Of a stretch of 64,000 nucleotides of DNA, positions 14,411-30,500 are shown piece by piece. A program made the position numbers and the translations under genes. The first letter of the stretch is position 1. Each line of letters begins with the position of its first letter. The notes beneath the pieces were generated by a model that was not told the origin of the DNA, searched no databases, and worked only from the letters and a program-made list of their open reading frames with translations. Source of the stretch: the human T2T-CHM13v2.0 reference genome, Homo sapiens; NCBI RefSeq assembly GCF_009914755.1, contig NC_060925.1; one strand, 5' to 3'.

Positions 14411-17400
14411 AATGGAATCGAATGGAATCATCGAGTGGAATCGAATGGAATTATGATCAAATGGAATCGAATGTAATCATCATCAAATGGAATCAAAAAT
14501 AACCATCATCAATTGGTATTGAATGGAATTGTCATCAAATGGAATTCAAAGGAATCATCATCAAATGGAACCGAATGGAATCCTCATTGAATGGAAATGA
14601 AAGGGGTCATCATCTAATGGAATCGCATGGAATCATCATCAAATGGAATCGAATGGAATCATCATCAAATGGAATCTAATGGAATCATTGAACAGAATTG
14701 AATGGAATCGTCATCGAATGAATTGAATGCAATCATCGAATGGTCTCGAATGGAATCATCTTCTAATGGAAAGGAATGGAATCATCGCATAGAATCGAAT
14801 GGAATTATCATCGAATGGAATCGAATGGTATCAACACCAAACGGAAAAAAACGGAATTATCGAATGGAATCGAAGAGAATCTTCGAACGGACCCGAATGG
14901 AATCATCTAATGGAATGGAATGGAATAATCCATGGACTCGAATGCAATCATCATCGAATGGAATCGAATGGAATCATCGAATGGACTCGAATGGAATAAT
15001 CATTGAACGGAATCGAATGGAATCATCATCGGATGGAAACGAATGGAATCATCATCGAATGGAAATGAAAGGAGTCATCATCTAATGGAATTGCATGGAA
15101 TCATCATAAAATGGAATCGAATGGAATCAACATCAAATGGAATCAAATGGAATCATTGAACGGAATTGAATGGAATCGTCATCGAATGAATTGACTGCAA
15201 TCATCGAATGGTCTCGAATGGAATCATCTTCAAATGGAATGGAATGGAATCATCGCATAGAATCGAATGGAATTATCATCGAATGGAATCGAATGGAATC
15301 AACATCCAACGGAAAAAAACGGAATTATCGAATGGAATCGAAGAGAATCATCGAATGGACCCGAATGGAATCATCTAATGGAATGGAATGGAATAATCCA
15401 TGGACTCGAATGCAATCATCATCGAATGGAATCGAATGGAATCATCGAATGGACTCGAATGGAATAATCATTGAACGGAATCGAATGGAATCATCATCGG
15501 ATGGAAATGAATGGAATCATCATCGAATGGAATCGAATAGAATTATGGAATGAAATCCAGTGTGATCATCATCGAATGGACCCGAATGGAATCATCATCC
15601 AACGGAAGCTAATGGAATCAACATCGAATGAATCGAATGGAAACACCATCGAATTGAAACGAATGGAATTATCATGAAATTGAAATGGATGGACTCATCA
15701 TCGAATGGATTCGAATGGAATCATCGAATAAAATTGATTGAAATCATCATCCAATGTAATCGAATGGTATCATTGAATGGAATCGAATGGAATCATCATC
15801 AGATGGAAATGAATGGAATCGTCATAGAATGGAATCGAATGGATTCATTGAATGGAATCAGATGGAATCATCGAATGGACTGGAATGGAATCATTGAATG
15901 GACTCGAAAGGGATCATGATTGAATGGAATTGAATGGAATCATCGAATGGTCTCGATTGGAATCATTATCAAATGGAATCGAATGGAATCACCGAATAGA
16001 ATCGAATGGAACAATCATCGAATGGACTCAAATGGAATTATCCTCCAATGGAATCGAATGGAATTATCGAATGCAATCGAATGGAATTATCGAATGCAAT
16101 CGAATAGAATCATCGAATGGACTCGAATGGAATCATCGAATGGAATGGAATGGAACAGTCAATGAACTCGAATGGAATCATCATTGAATGGAATCGAATG
16201 GAATCATCGAGTGGAATCGAATGGAATTATGATCAAATGGAATCGAATGTAATCCTCATCAAATGGAATCAAAAATAACCATCATCAATTGGTATTGAAT
16301 GGAATTGTCATCAAATGCAATTCAAAGGAATCATCATCAAATGGAACCGAATGGAATCCTCATTGAATGGAAATGAAAGGGGTCATCATCTAATGGAATC
16401 GCATGGAATCATCATCAAATGGAATCGAATGGAATCATCATCAAATGGAATCTAATGGAATCATTGAACAGAATTGAATGGAATCGTCATCGAATGAATT
16501 GAATGCAATCATCGAATGGTCTCGAATGGAATCATCTTCTAATGGAAAGGAATGGAATCATCGCATAGAATCGAATGGAATTATCATCGAATGGAATCGA
16601 ATGGTATCAACACCAAACGGAAAAAAACGGAATTATCGAATGGAATCGAAGAGAATCTTCGAACGGACCCGAATGGAATCATCTAATGGAATGGAATGGA
16701 ATAATCCATGGACTCGAATGCAATCATCATCGAATGGAATGGAATGGAATCATCGAATGGACTCGAATGGAATAATCATTGAACGGAATCGAATGGAATC
16801 ATCATCGGATGGAAACGAATGGAATCATCATCGAATGGAAATGAAAGGAGTCATCATCTAATGGAATTGCATGGAATCATCATAAAATGGAATCGAATGG
16901 AATCAACATCAAATGGAATCAAATGGAATCATTGAACGGAATTGAATGGAATCGTCATCGAATGAATTGACTGCAATCATCGAATGGTCTCGAATGGAAT
17001 CATCTTCAAATGGAATGGAATGGAATCATCGCATAGAATCGAATGGAATTATCATCGAATGGAATCGAATGGAATCAACATCAAACGGAAAAAAACGGAA
17101 TTATCGAATGGAATCGAAGAGAATCATGGAATGGACCCGAATGGAATCATCTAATGGAATGGAATGGAATAATCCATGGACTCGAATGCAATCATCATCG
17201 AATGGAATCGAATGGAATCATCGAATGGACTCGAATGGAATAATCATTGAACGGAATCGAATGGAATCATCATCGGATGGAAATGAATGGAATCATCATC
17301 GAATGGAATCGAATAGAATTATGGAATGAAATCCAGTGTGATCATCATCGAATGTACCCGAATGGAATCATCATCCAACGGAAGCTAATGGAATCAACAT

Positions 17401-20400
17401 CGAATGAATCGAATGGAAACACCATCGAATTGAAACGAATGGAATTATCATGAAATTGAAATGGATGGACTCATCATGGAATGGGTTCGAATAGAATCAT
17501 CGAATAAAATTGATTGAAATCATCATCCAATGGAATCGAATGGTATCATTGAATGGAATCGAATGGAATCATCATCAGATGGAAATGAATGGAATCGTCA
17601 TAGAATGGAATCGAATGGATTCATTGAATGGAATCAGATGGAATCATCGAATGGACTGAAATGGAATCATTGAATGGACTCGAAAGGGATCATGATTGAA
17701 TGGAATTGAATGGAATCATCGAATGGTCTCGATTGGAATCATTATCAAATGGAATGGAATGGAATCACCGAATAGAATCGAATGGAACAATCATCGAATG
17801 GACTCAAATGGAATTATCCTCCAATGGAATCGAATGGAATTATCGAATGCAATCGAATGGAATTATCGAATGCAATCGAATAGAATCATCGAATGGACTC
17901 GAATGGAATCATCGAATGGAATGGAATGGAACAGTCAATGAACTCGAATGGAATCATCATTGAATGGAATCGAATGGAATCATCGAGTGGAATCGAATGG
18001 AATTATGATCAAATGGAATCGAATGTAATCATCATCAAATGGAATCAAAAATAACCATCATCAATTGGTATTGAATGGAATTGTCATCAAATGGAATTCA
18101 AAGGAATCATCATCAAATGGAACCGAATGGAATCCTCATTGAATGGAAATGAAAGGGGTCATCATCTAATGGAATCGCATGGAATCATCATCAAATGGAA
18201 TCGAATGGAATCATCATCAAATGGAATCTAATGGAATCATTGAACAGAAATGAATGGAATCGTCATCGAATGAATTGAATGCAATCATCGAATGGTCTCG
18301 AATGGAATCATCTTCTAATGGAAAGGAATGGAATCATCGCATAGAATCGAATGGAATTATCATCGAATGGAATCGAATGGTATCAACACCAAACGGAAAA
18401 AAACGGAATTATCGAATGGAATCGAAGAGAATCTTCGAACGGACCCGAATGGAATCATCTAATGGAATGGAATGGAATAATCCATGGACTCGAATGCAAT
18501 CATCATCGAATGGAATGGAATGGAATCATCGAATGGACTCGAATGGAATAATCATTGAACGGAATCGAATGGAATCATCATCGGATGGAAACGAATGGAA
18601 TCATCATCGAATGGAAATGAAAGGAGTCATCATCTAATGGAATTGCATGGAATCATCATAAAATGGAATCGAATGGAATCAACATCAAATGGAATCAAAT
18701 GGAATCATTGAACGGAATTGAATGGAATCGTCATCGAATGAATTGACTGCAATCATCGAATGGTCTCGAATGGAATCATCTTCAAATGGAATGGAATGGA
18801 ATCATCGCATAGAATCGAATGGAATTATCATCGAATGGAATCGAATGGAATCAACATCAAACGGAAAAAAACGGAATTATCGAATGGAATCGAAGAGAAT
18901 CATCGAATGGACCCGAATGGAATCATCTAATGGAATGGAATGGAATAATCCATGGACTCGAATGCAATCATCATCGAATGGAATCGAATGGAATCATCGA
19001 ATGGACTCGAATGGAATAATCATTGAACGGAATCGAATGGAATCATCATCGGATGGAAATGAATGGAATCATCATCGAATGGAATCGAATAGAATTATGG
19101 AATGAAATCCAGTGTGATCATCATCGAATGGACCCGAATGGAATCATCATCCAACGGAAGCTAATGGAATCAACATCGAATGAATCGAATGGAAACACCA
19201 TCGAATTGAAACGAATGGAATTATCATGAAATTGAAATGGATGGACTCATCATCGAATGGATTCGAATGGAATTATCGAATAAAATTGATTGAAATCATC
19301 ATCCAATGGAATCGAATGGTATCATTGAATGGAATCGAATGGAATCATCATCAGATGGAAATGAATGGAATCGTCATAGAATGGAATCGAATGGATTCAT
19401 TGAATGGAATCAGATGGAATCATCGAATGGACTGGAATGGAATCATTGAATGGACTCGAAAGGGATCATGATTGAATGGAATTGAATGGAATCATCGAAT
19501 GGTCTCGATTGGAATCATTATCAAATGGAATCGAATGGAATCACCGAATAGAATCGAATGGAACAATCATAGAATGGACTCAAATGGAATTATCCTCCAA
19601 TGGAATCGAATGGAATTATCGAATGCAATCGAATGGAATTATCGAATGCAATCGAATAGAATCATCGAATGGACTCGAATGGAATCATCGAATGGAATGG
19701 AATGGAACAGTCAATGAACTCGAATGGAATCATCATTGAATGGAATCGAATGGAATCATCGAGTGGAATCGAATGGAATTATGATCAAATGGAATCGAAT
19801 GTAATCATCATCAAATGGAATCAAAAATAACCATCATCAATTGGTATTGAATGGAATTGTCATCAAATGGAATTCAAAGGAATCATCATCAAATGGAACC
19901 GAATGGAATCCTCATTGAATGGAAATGAAAGGGGTCATCATCTAACGGAATCGCATGGAATCATCATCAAATGGAATCTAATGGAATCATTGAACAGAAT
20001 TGAATGGAATCGTCATCGAATGAATTGAATGCAATCATCGAATGGTCTCGAATGGAATCATCTTCTAATGGAAAGGAATGGAATCATCGCATAGAATCGA
20101 ATGGAATTATCATCGAATGGAATCGAATGGTATCAACACCAAACGGAAAAAAACGGAATTATCGAATGGAATCGAAGAGAATCTTCGAACGGACCCGAAT
20201 GGAATCATCTAATGGAATGGAATGGAATAATCCATGGACTCGAATGCAATCATCATCGAATGGAATGGAATGGAATCATCGAATGGACTCGAATGGAATA
20301 ATCATTGAACGGAATCGAATGGAATCATCATCGGATGGAAACGAATGGAATCATCATCGAATGGAAATGAAAGGAGTCATCATCTAATGGAATTGCATGG

Positions 20401-23400
20401 AATCATCATCAAATGGAATCGAATGGAATCAACATCAAATGGAATCAAATGGAATCATTGAACGGAATTGAATGGAATCGTCATCGAATGAATTGACTGC
20501 AATCATCGAATGGTCTCGAATGGAATCATCTTCAAATGGAATGGAATGGAATCATCGCATAGAATCGAATGGAATTATCATCGAATGGAATCGAATGGAA
20601 TCAACATCAAACGGAAAAAAACGGAATTATCGAATGGAATCGAAGAGAATCATCGAATGGACCCGAATGGAATCATCTAATGGAATGGAATGGAATAATC
20701 CATGGACTCGAATGCAATCATCATCGAATGGAATCGAATGGAATCATCGAATGGACTCGAATGGAATAATCATTGAACGGAATCGAATGGAATCATCATC
20801 GGATGGAAATGAATGGAATCATCATCGAATGGAATCGAATAGAATTATGGAATGAAATCCAGTGTGATCATCATCGAATGGACCCGAATGGAATCATCAT
20901 CCAACGGAAGCTAATGGAATCAACATCGAATGAATCGAATGGAAACACCATCGAATTGAAACGAATGGAATTATCATGAAATTGAAATGGATGGACTCAT
21001 CATCGAATGGATTCGAATGGAATCATCGAATAAAATTGATTGAAATCATCATCGAATGGAATCGAATGGTATCATTGAATGGAATCGAATGGAATCATCA
21101 TCAGATGGAAATGAATGGAATCGTCATAGAATGGAATCGAATGGATTCATTGAATGGAATCAGATGGAATCATCGAATGGACTGGAATGGAATCATTGAA
21201 TGGACTCGAAAGGGATCATGATTGAATGGAATTGAATGGAATCATCGAATGGTCTCGATTGGAATCATTATCAAATGGAATCGAATGGAATCACCGAATA
21301 GAATCGAATGGAACAATCATCGAATGGACTCAAATGGAATTATCCTCAAATGGAATCGAATGGAATTATCGAATGCAATCGAATGGAATTATCGAATGCA
21401 ATCGAATAGAATCATCGAATGGACTCGAATGGAATCATCGAATGGAATGGAATGGAACAGTCAATGAACTCGAATGGAATCATCATTGAATGGAATCGAA
21501 TGGAATCATCGAGTGGAATCGAATGGAATTATGATCAAATGGAATCGAATGTAATCATCATCAAATGGAATCAAAAATAACCATCATCAATTGGTATTGA
21601 ATGGAATTGTCATCAAATGGAATTCAAAGGAATCATCATCAAATGGAACCGAATGGAATCCTCATTGAATGGAAATGAAAGGGGTCATCATCTAATGGAA
21701 TCGCATGGAATCATCATCAATTGGAATCGAATGGAATCATCATCAAATGGAATCTAATGGAATCATTGAACAGAATTGAATGGAATCGTCATCGAATGAA
21801 TTGAATGCAATCATCGAATGGTCTCGAATGGAATCATCTTCTAATGGAAAGGAATGGAATCATCGCATAGAATCGAATGGAATTATCATCGAATGGAATC
21901 GAATGGTATCAACACCAAACGGAAAAAAACGGAATTATCGAATGGAATCGAAGAGAATCTTCGAACGGACCCGAATGGAATCATCTAATGGAATGGAATG
22001 GAATAATCCATGGACTCGAATGCAATCATCATCGAATGGAATGGAATGGAATGGAATCATCGAATGGACTCGAATGGAATAATCATTGAACGGAATCGAA
22101 TGGAATCATCATCGGATGGAAACGAATGGAATCATCATCGAATGGAAATGAAAGGAGTCATCATCTAATGGAATTGCATGGAATCATCATCAAATGGAAT
22201 CGAATGGAATCAACATCAAATGGAATCAAATGGAATCATTGAACGGAATTGAATGGAATCGTCATCGAATGAATTGACTGCAATCATCGAATGGTCTCGA
22301 ATGGAATCATCTTCAAATGGAATGGAATGGAATCATCGCATAGAATCGAATGGAATTATCATCGAATGGAATCGAATGGAATCAACATCAAACGGAAAAA
22401 AACGGAATTATCGAATGGAATCGAAGAGAATCATCGAATGGACCCGAATGGAATCATCTAATGGAATGGAATGGAATAATCCATGGACTCGAATGCAATC
22501 ATCATCGAATGGAATCGAATGGAATCATCGAATGGACTCGAATGGAATAATCATTGAACGGAATCGAATGGAATCATCATCGGATGGAAATGAATGGAAT
22601 CATCATCGAATGGAATCGAATAGAATTATGGAATGAAATCCAGTGTGATCATCATCGAATGGACCCGAATGGAATCATCATCCAACGGAAGCTAATGGAA
22701 TCAACATCGAATGAATCGAATGGAAACACCATCGAATTGAAACGAATGGAATTATCATGAAATTGAAATGGATGGACTCATCATCGAATGGATTCGAATG
22801 GAATCATCGAATAAAATTGATTGAAATCATCATCGAATGGAATCGAATGGTATCATTGAATGGAATCGAATGGAATCATCATCAGATGGAAATGAATGGA
22901 ATCGTCATTGAATGGAATCGAATGGATTCATTGAATGGAATCAGATGGAATCATCGAATGGACTGGAATGGAATCATTGAATGGACTCGAAAGGGATCAT
23001 TATTGAATGGAATTGAATGGAATCATCGAATGGTCTCGATTGGAATCATTATCAAATGGAATCGAATGGAATCACCGAATAGAATCGAATGGAACAATCA
23101 TCGAATGGACTCAAATGGAATTATCCTCCAATGGAATCGAATGGAATTATCGAATGCAATCGAATGGAATTATCGAATGCAATCGAATAGAATCATCGAA
23201 TGGACTCGAATGGAATCATCGAATGGAATGGAATGGAACAGTCAATGAACTCGAATGGAATCATCATTGAATGGAATCGAATGGAATCATCGAGTGGAAT
23301 CGAATGGAATTATGATCAAATGGAATCGAATGTAATCATCATCAAATGGAATCAAAAATAACCATCATCAATTGGTATTGAATGGAATTGTCATCAAATG

Positions 23401-24532
23401 GAATTCAAAGGAATCATCATCAAATGGAACCGAATGGAATCCTCATTGAATGGAAATGAAAGGGGTCATCATCTAATGGAATCGCATGGAATCATCATCA
23501 AATGGAATCGAATGGAATCATCATCAAATGGAATCTAATGGAATCATTGAACAGAATTGAATGGAATCGTCATCGAATGAATTGAATGCAATCATCGAAT
23601 GGTCTCGAATGGAATCATCTTCTAATGGAAAGGAATGGAATCATCGCATAGAATCGAATGGAATTATCATCGAATGGAAAAGAATGGTATCAACACCAAA
23701 CGGAAAAAAACGGAATTATCGAATGGAATCGAAGAGAATCTTCGAACGGACCCGAATGGAATCATCTAATGGAATGGAATGGAATAATCCATGGACTCGA
23801 ATGCAATCATCATCGAATGGAATGGAATGGAATCATCGAATGGACTCGAATGGAATAATCATTGAACGGAATCGAATGGAATCATCATCGGATGGAAACG
23901 AATGGAATCATCATCGAATGGAAATGAAAGGAGTCATCATCTAATGGAATTGCATGGAATCATCATAAAATGGAATCGAATGGAATCAACATCAAATGGA
24001 ATCAAATGGAATCATTGAACGGAATTGAATGGAATCGTCATCGAATGAATTGACTGCAATCATCGAATGGTCTCGAATGGAATCATCTTCAAATGGAATG
24101 GAATGGAATCATCGCATAGAATCGAATGGAATTATCATCGAATAGAATCGAATGGAATCAACATCAAACGGAAAAAAACACAATTATCGTATGGAATCGA
24201 AGAGAATCATCGAATGGACCCGAATGGAATCATCTAATGGAATGGAATGGAATAATCCATGGACTCGAATGCAATCATCATCGAATGGAATCGAATGGAA
24301 TCATCGAATGGACTCGAATGGAATAATCATTGAACGGAATCGAATGGAATCATCATCGGATGGAAATGAATGGAATCATCATCGAATGGAATCGAATAGA
24401 ATTATGGAATGAAATCCAGTGTGATCATCATCGAATGGACCCGAATGGAATCATCATCCAACGGAAGCTAATGGAATCAACATCGAATGAATCGAATGGA
24501 AACACCATCGAATTGAAACGAATGGAATTATC

Positions 24533-27500
24533 ATGAAATTGAAATGGATGGACTCATCATCGAATGGATTCGAATGGAATCATCGAATAAAATTGATTGA
24601 AATCATCATCCAATGGAATCGAATGGTATCATTGAATGGAATCGAATGGAATCATCATCAGATGGAAATGAATGGAATCGTCATAGAATGGAATCGAGTG
24701 GATTCATTGAATGGAATCAGATGGAATCATCGAATGGACTGGAATGGAATCATTGAATGGACTCGAAAGGGATCATGATTGAATGGAATTGAATGGAATC
24801 ATCGAATGGTCTCGATTGGAATCATTATCAAATGGAATCGAATGGAATCACCGAATAGAATCGAATGGAACAATCATCGAATGGACTCAAATGGAATTAT
24901 CCTCAAATGGAATCGAATGGAATTATCGAATGCAATCGAATGGAATTATCGAATGCAATCGAATAGAATCATCGAAAGGACTCGAATGGAATCATCGAAT
25001 GGAATGGAATGGAACAGTCAATGAACTCGAATGGAATCATCATTGAATGGAATCCAATGGAATCATCGAGTGGAATCGAATGGAATTATGATCAAATGGA
25101 ATCTAATGTAATCATCATCAAATGGAATCAAAAATAACCATCATCAATTGGTATTGAATTGAATTGTCATCAAATGGAATTCAAAGGAATCATCATCAAA
25201 TGGAACCGAATGGAATCCTCATTGAATGGAAATGAAAGGGGTCATCATCTAATGGAATCGCATGGAATCATCATCAAATGGAATCGAATGGAATCATCAT
25301 CAAATGGAATCTAATGGAATCATTGAACAGAATTGAATGGAATCGTCATCGAATGAATTGAATGCAATCATCGAATGGTCTCGAATGGAATCATCTTCTA
25401 ATGGAAAGGAATGGAATCATCGCATAGAATCGAATGGAATTATCATCGAATGGAATCGAATGGTATCAACACCAAACGGAAAAAAACGGAATTATCGAAT
25501 GGAATCGAAGAGAATCTTCGAACGGACCCGAATGGAATCATCTAATGGAATGGAATGGAATAATCCATGGACTCGAATGCAATCATCATCGAATGGAATG
25601 GAATGGAATCATCGAATGGACTCGAATGGAATAATCATTGAACGGAATCGAAAGGAATCATCATCGGATGGAAACGAATGGAATCATCATCGAATGGAAA
25701 TGAAAGGAGTCATCATCTAATGGAATTGCATGGAATCATCATAAAATGGAATCGAATGGAATCAACATCAAATGGAATCAAATGGAATCATTGAACGGAA
25801 TTGAATGGAATCGTCATCGAATGAATTGACTGCAATCATCGAATGGTCTCGAATGGAATCATCTTCAAATGGAATGGAATGGAATCATCGCATAGAATCG
25901 AATGGAATTATCATCGAATGGAATCGAATGGAATCAACATCAAACGGAAAAAAACGGAATTATCGAATGGAATCGAAGAGAATCATCGAATGGACCCGAA
26001 TGGAATCATCTAATGGAATGGAATGGAATAATCCATGGACTCGAATGCAATCATCATCGAATGGAATCGAATGGAATCATCGAATGGACTCGAATGGAAT
26101 AATCATTGAACGGAATCGAATGGAATCATCATCGGATGGAAATGAATGGAATCATCATCGAATGGAATCGAATAGAAATATGGAATGAAATCCAGTGTGA
26201 TCATCATCGAATGGACCCGAATGGAATCATCATCCAACGGAAGCTAATGGAATCAACATCGAATGAATCGAATGGAAACACCATCGAATTGAAACGAATG
26301 GAATTATCATGAAATTGAAATGGATGGACTCATCATCAAATGGATTCGAATGGAATCATCGAATAAAATTGATTGAAATCATCATCGAATGGAATCGAAT
26401 GGTATCATTGAATGGAATCGAATGGAATCATCATCAGATGGAAATGAATGGAATCGTCATAGAATGGAATCGAATGGATTCATTGAATGGAATCAGATGG
26501 AATCATCGAATGGACTGGAATGGAATCATTGAATGGACTCGAAAGGGATCATTATTGAATGGAATTGAATGGAATCATCGAATGGTCTCGATTGGAATCA
26601 TTATCAAATGGAATCGAATGGAATCACCGAATAGAATCGAATGGAACAATCATCGAATGGACTCAAATGGAATTATCCTCCAATGGAATCGAATGGAATT
26701 ATCGAATGCAATCGAATGGAATTATCGAATGCAATCGAATAGAATCATCGAATGGACTCGAATGGAATCATCGAATGGAATGGAATGGAACAGTCAATGA
26801 ACTCGAATGGAATCATCATTGAATGGAATCGAATGGAATCATCGAGTGGAATCGAATGGAATTATGATCAAATGGAATCGAATGTAATCATCATCAAATG
26901 GAATCAAAAATAACCATCATCAATTGGTATTGAATGGAATTGTCATCAAATGGAATTCAAAGGAATCATCATCAAATGGAACCGAATGGAATCCTCATTG
27001 AATGGAAATGAAAGGGGTCATCATCTAATGGAATCGCATGGAATCATCATCAAATGGAATCGAATGGAATCATCATCAAATGGAATCTAATGGAATCATT
27101 GAACAGAATTGAATGGAATCGTCATCGAATGAATTGAATGCAATCATCGAATGGTCTCGAATGGAATCATCTTCTAATGGAAAGGAATGGAATCATCGCA
27201 TAGAATCGAATGGAATTATCATCGAATGGAATCGAATGGTATCAACACCAAACGGAAAAAAACGGAATTATCGAATGGAATCGAAGAGAATCTTCGAACG
27301 GACCCGAATGGAATCATCTAATGGAATGGAATGGAATAATCCATGGACTCGAATGCAATCATCATCGAATGGAATCGAATGGAATCATCGAATGGACGCG
27401 AATGGAATAGTCATTGAACGGAATCGAATGGAATCATCATCGGATGGAAACGAATGGAATCATCATCGAATGGAAATGAAAGGAGTCATCATCTAATGGA

Positions 27501-30500
27501 ATTGCATGGAATCATCATAAAATGGAATCGAATGGAATCAACATCAAATGGAATCAAATGGAATCATTGAACGGAATTGAATGGAATCGTCATCGAATGA
27601 ATTGACTGCAATCATCGAATGGTCTCGAATGGAATCATCTTCAAATGGAATGGAATGGAATCATCGCATAGAATCGAATGGAATTATCATCGAATAGAAT
27701 CGAATGGAATCAACATCAAACGGAAAAAAACAGAATTATCGTATGGAATCGAAGAGAATCATCGAATGGACCCGAATGGAATCATCTAATGGAATGGAAT
27801 GGAATAATCCATGGACTCGAATGCAATCATCATCGAATGGAATCGAATGGAATCATCGAATGGACTCGAATGGAATAATCATTGAACGGAATCGAATGGA
27901 ATCATCATCGGATGGAAATGAATGGAATCATCATCGAATGGAATCGAATAGAATTATGGAATGAAATCCAGTGTGATCATCATCGAATGGACCCGAATGG
28001 AATCATCATCCAACGGAAGCTAATGGAATCAACATCGAATGAATCGAATGGAAACACCATCGAATTGAAACGAATGGAATTATCATGAAATTGAAATGGA
28101 TGGACTCATCATCGAATGGATTCGAATGGAATCATCGAATAAAATTGATTGAAATCATCATCCAATGGAATCGAATGGTATCATTGAATGGAATCGAATG
28201 GAATCATCATCAGATGGAAATGAATGGAATCGTCATAGAATGGAATCGAGTGGATTCATTGAATGGAATCAGATGGAATCATCGAATGGACTGGAATGGA
28301 ATCATTGAATGGACTCGAAAGGGATCATGATTGAATGGAATTGAATGGAATCATCGAATGGTCTCGATTGGAATCATTATCAAATGGAATCGAATGGAAT
28401 CACCGAATAGAATCGAATGGAACAATCATCGAATGGACTCAAATGGAATTATCCTCAAATGGAATCGAATGGAATTATCGAATGCAATCGAATGGAATTA
28501 TCGAATGCAATCGAATAGAATCATCGAAAGGACTCGAATGGAATCATCGAATGGAATGGAATGGAACAGTCAATGAACTCGAATGGAATCATCATTGAAT
28601 GGAATCCAATGGAATCATCGAGTGGAATCGAATGGAATTATGATCAAATGGAATCTAATGTAATCATCATCAAATGGAATCAAAAATAACCATCATCAAT
28701 TGGTATTGAATTGAATTGTCATCAAATGGAATTCAAAGGAATCATCATCAAATGGAACCGAATGGAATCCTCATTGAATGGAAATGAAAGGGATCATCAT
28801 CTAATGGAATCGCATGGAATCATCATCAAATGGAATCGAATGGAATCATCATCAAATGGAATCTAATGGAATCATTGAACAGAATTGAATGGAATCGTCA
28901 TCGAATGAATTGAATGCAATCATCGAATGGTCTCGAATGGAATCATCTTCTAATGGAAAGGAATGGAATCATCGCATAGAATCGAATGGAATTATCATCG
29001 AATGGAATCGAATGGTATCAACACCAAACGGAAAAAAACGGAATTATCGAATGGAATCGAAGAGAATCTTCGAACGGACCCGAATGGAATCATCTAATGG
29101 AATGGAATGGAATAATCCATGGACTCGAATGCAATCATCATCGAATGGAATGGAATGGAATCATCGAATGGACTCGAATGGAATAATCATTGAACGGAAT
29201 CGAATGGAATCATCATCGGATGGAAACGAATGGAATCATCATCGAATGGAAATGAAAGGAGTCATCATCTAATGGAATTGCATGGAATCATCATCAAATG
29301 GAATCGAATGGAATCAACATCAAATGGAATCAAATGGAATCATTGAACGGAATTGAATGGAATCGTCATCGAATGAATTGACTGCAATCATCGAATGGTC
29401 TCGAATGGAATCATCTTCAAATGGAATGGAATGGAATCATCGCATAGAATCGAATGGAATTATCATCGAATGGAATCGAATGGAATCAACATCAAACGGA
29501 AAAAAACGGAATTATCGAATGGAATCGAAGAGAATCATCGAATGGACCCGAATGGAATCATCTAATGGAATGGAATGGAATAATCCATGGACTCGAATGC
29601 AATCATCATCGAATGGAATCGAATGGAATCATCGAATGGACTCGAATGGAATAATCATTGAACGGAATCGAATGGAATCATCATCGGATGGAAATGAATG
29701 GAATCATCATCGAATGGAATCGAATAGAATTATGGAATGAAATCCAGTGTGATCATCATCGAATGGACCCGAATGGAATCATCATCCAACGGAAGCTAAT
29801 GGAATCAACATCGAATGAATCGAATGGAAACACCATCGAATTGAAACGAATGGAATTATCATGAAATTGAAATGGATGGACTCATCATGGAATGGGTTCG
29901 AATAGAATCATCGAATAAAATTGATTGAAATCATCATCCAATGGAATCGAATGGTATCATTGAATGGAATCGAATGGAATCATCATCAGATGGAAATGAA
30001 TGGAATCGTCATAGAATGGAATCGAATGGATTCATTGAATGGAATCAGATGGAATCATCGAATGGACTGAAATGGAATCATTGAATGGACTCGAAAGGGA
30101 TCATGATTGAATGGAATTGAATGGAATCATCGAATGGTCTCGATTGGAATCATTATCAAATGGAATGGAATGGAATCACCGAATAGAATCGAATGGAACA
30201 ATCATCGAATGGACTCAAATGGAATTATCCTCCAATGGAATCGAATGGAATTATCGAATGCAATCGAATGGAATTATCGAATGCAATCGAATAGAATCAT
30301 CGAATGGACTCGAATGGAATCATCGAATGGAATGGAATGGAACAGTCAATGAACTCGAATGGAATCATCATTGAATGGAATCGAATGGAATCATCGAGTG
30401 GAATCGAATGGAATTATGATCAAATGGAATCTAATGTAATCATCATCAAATGGAATCAAAAATAACCATCATCAATTGGTATTGAATGGAATTGTCATCA

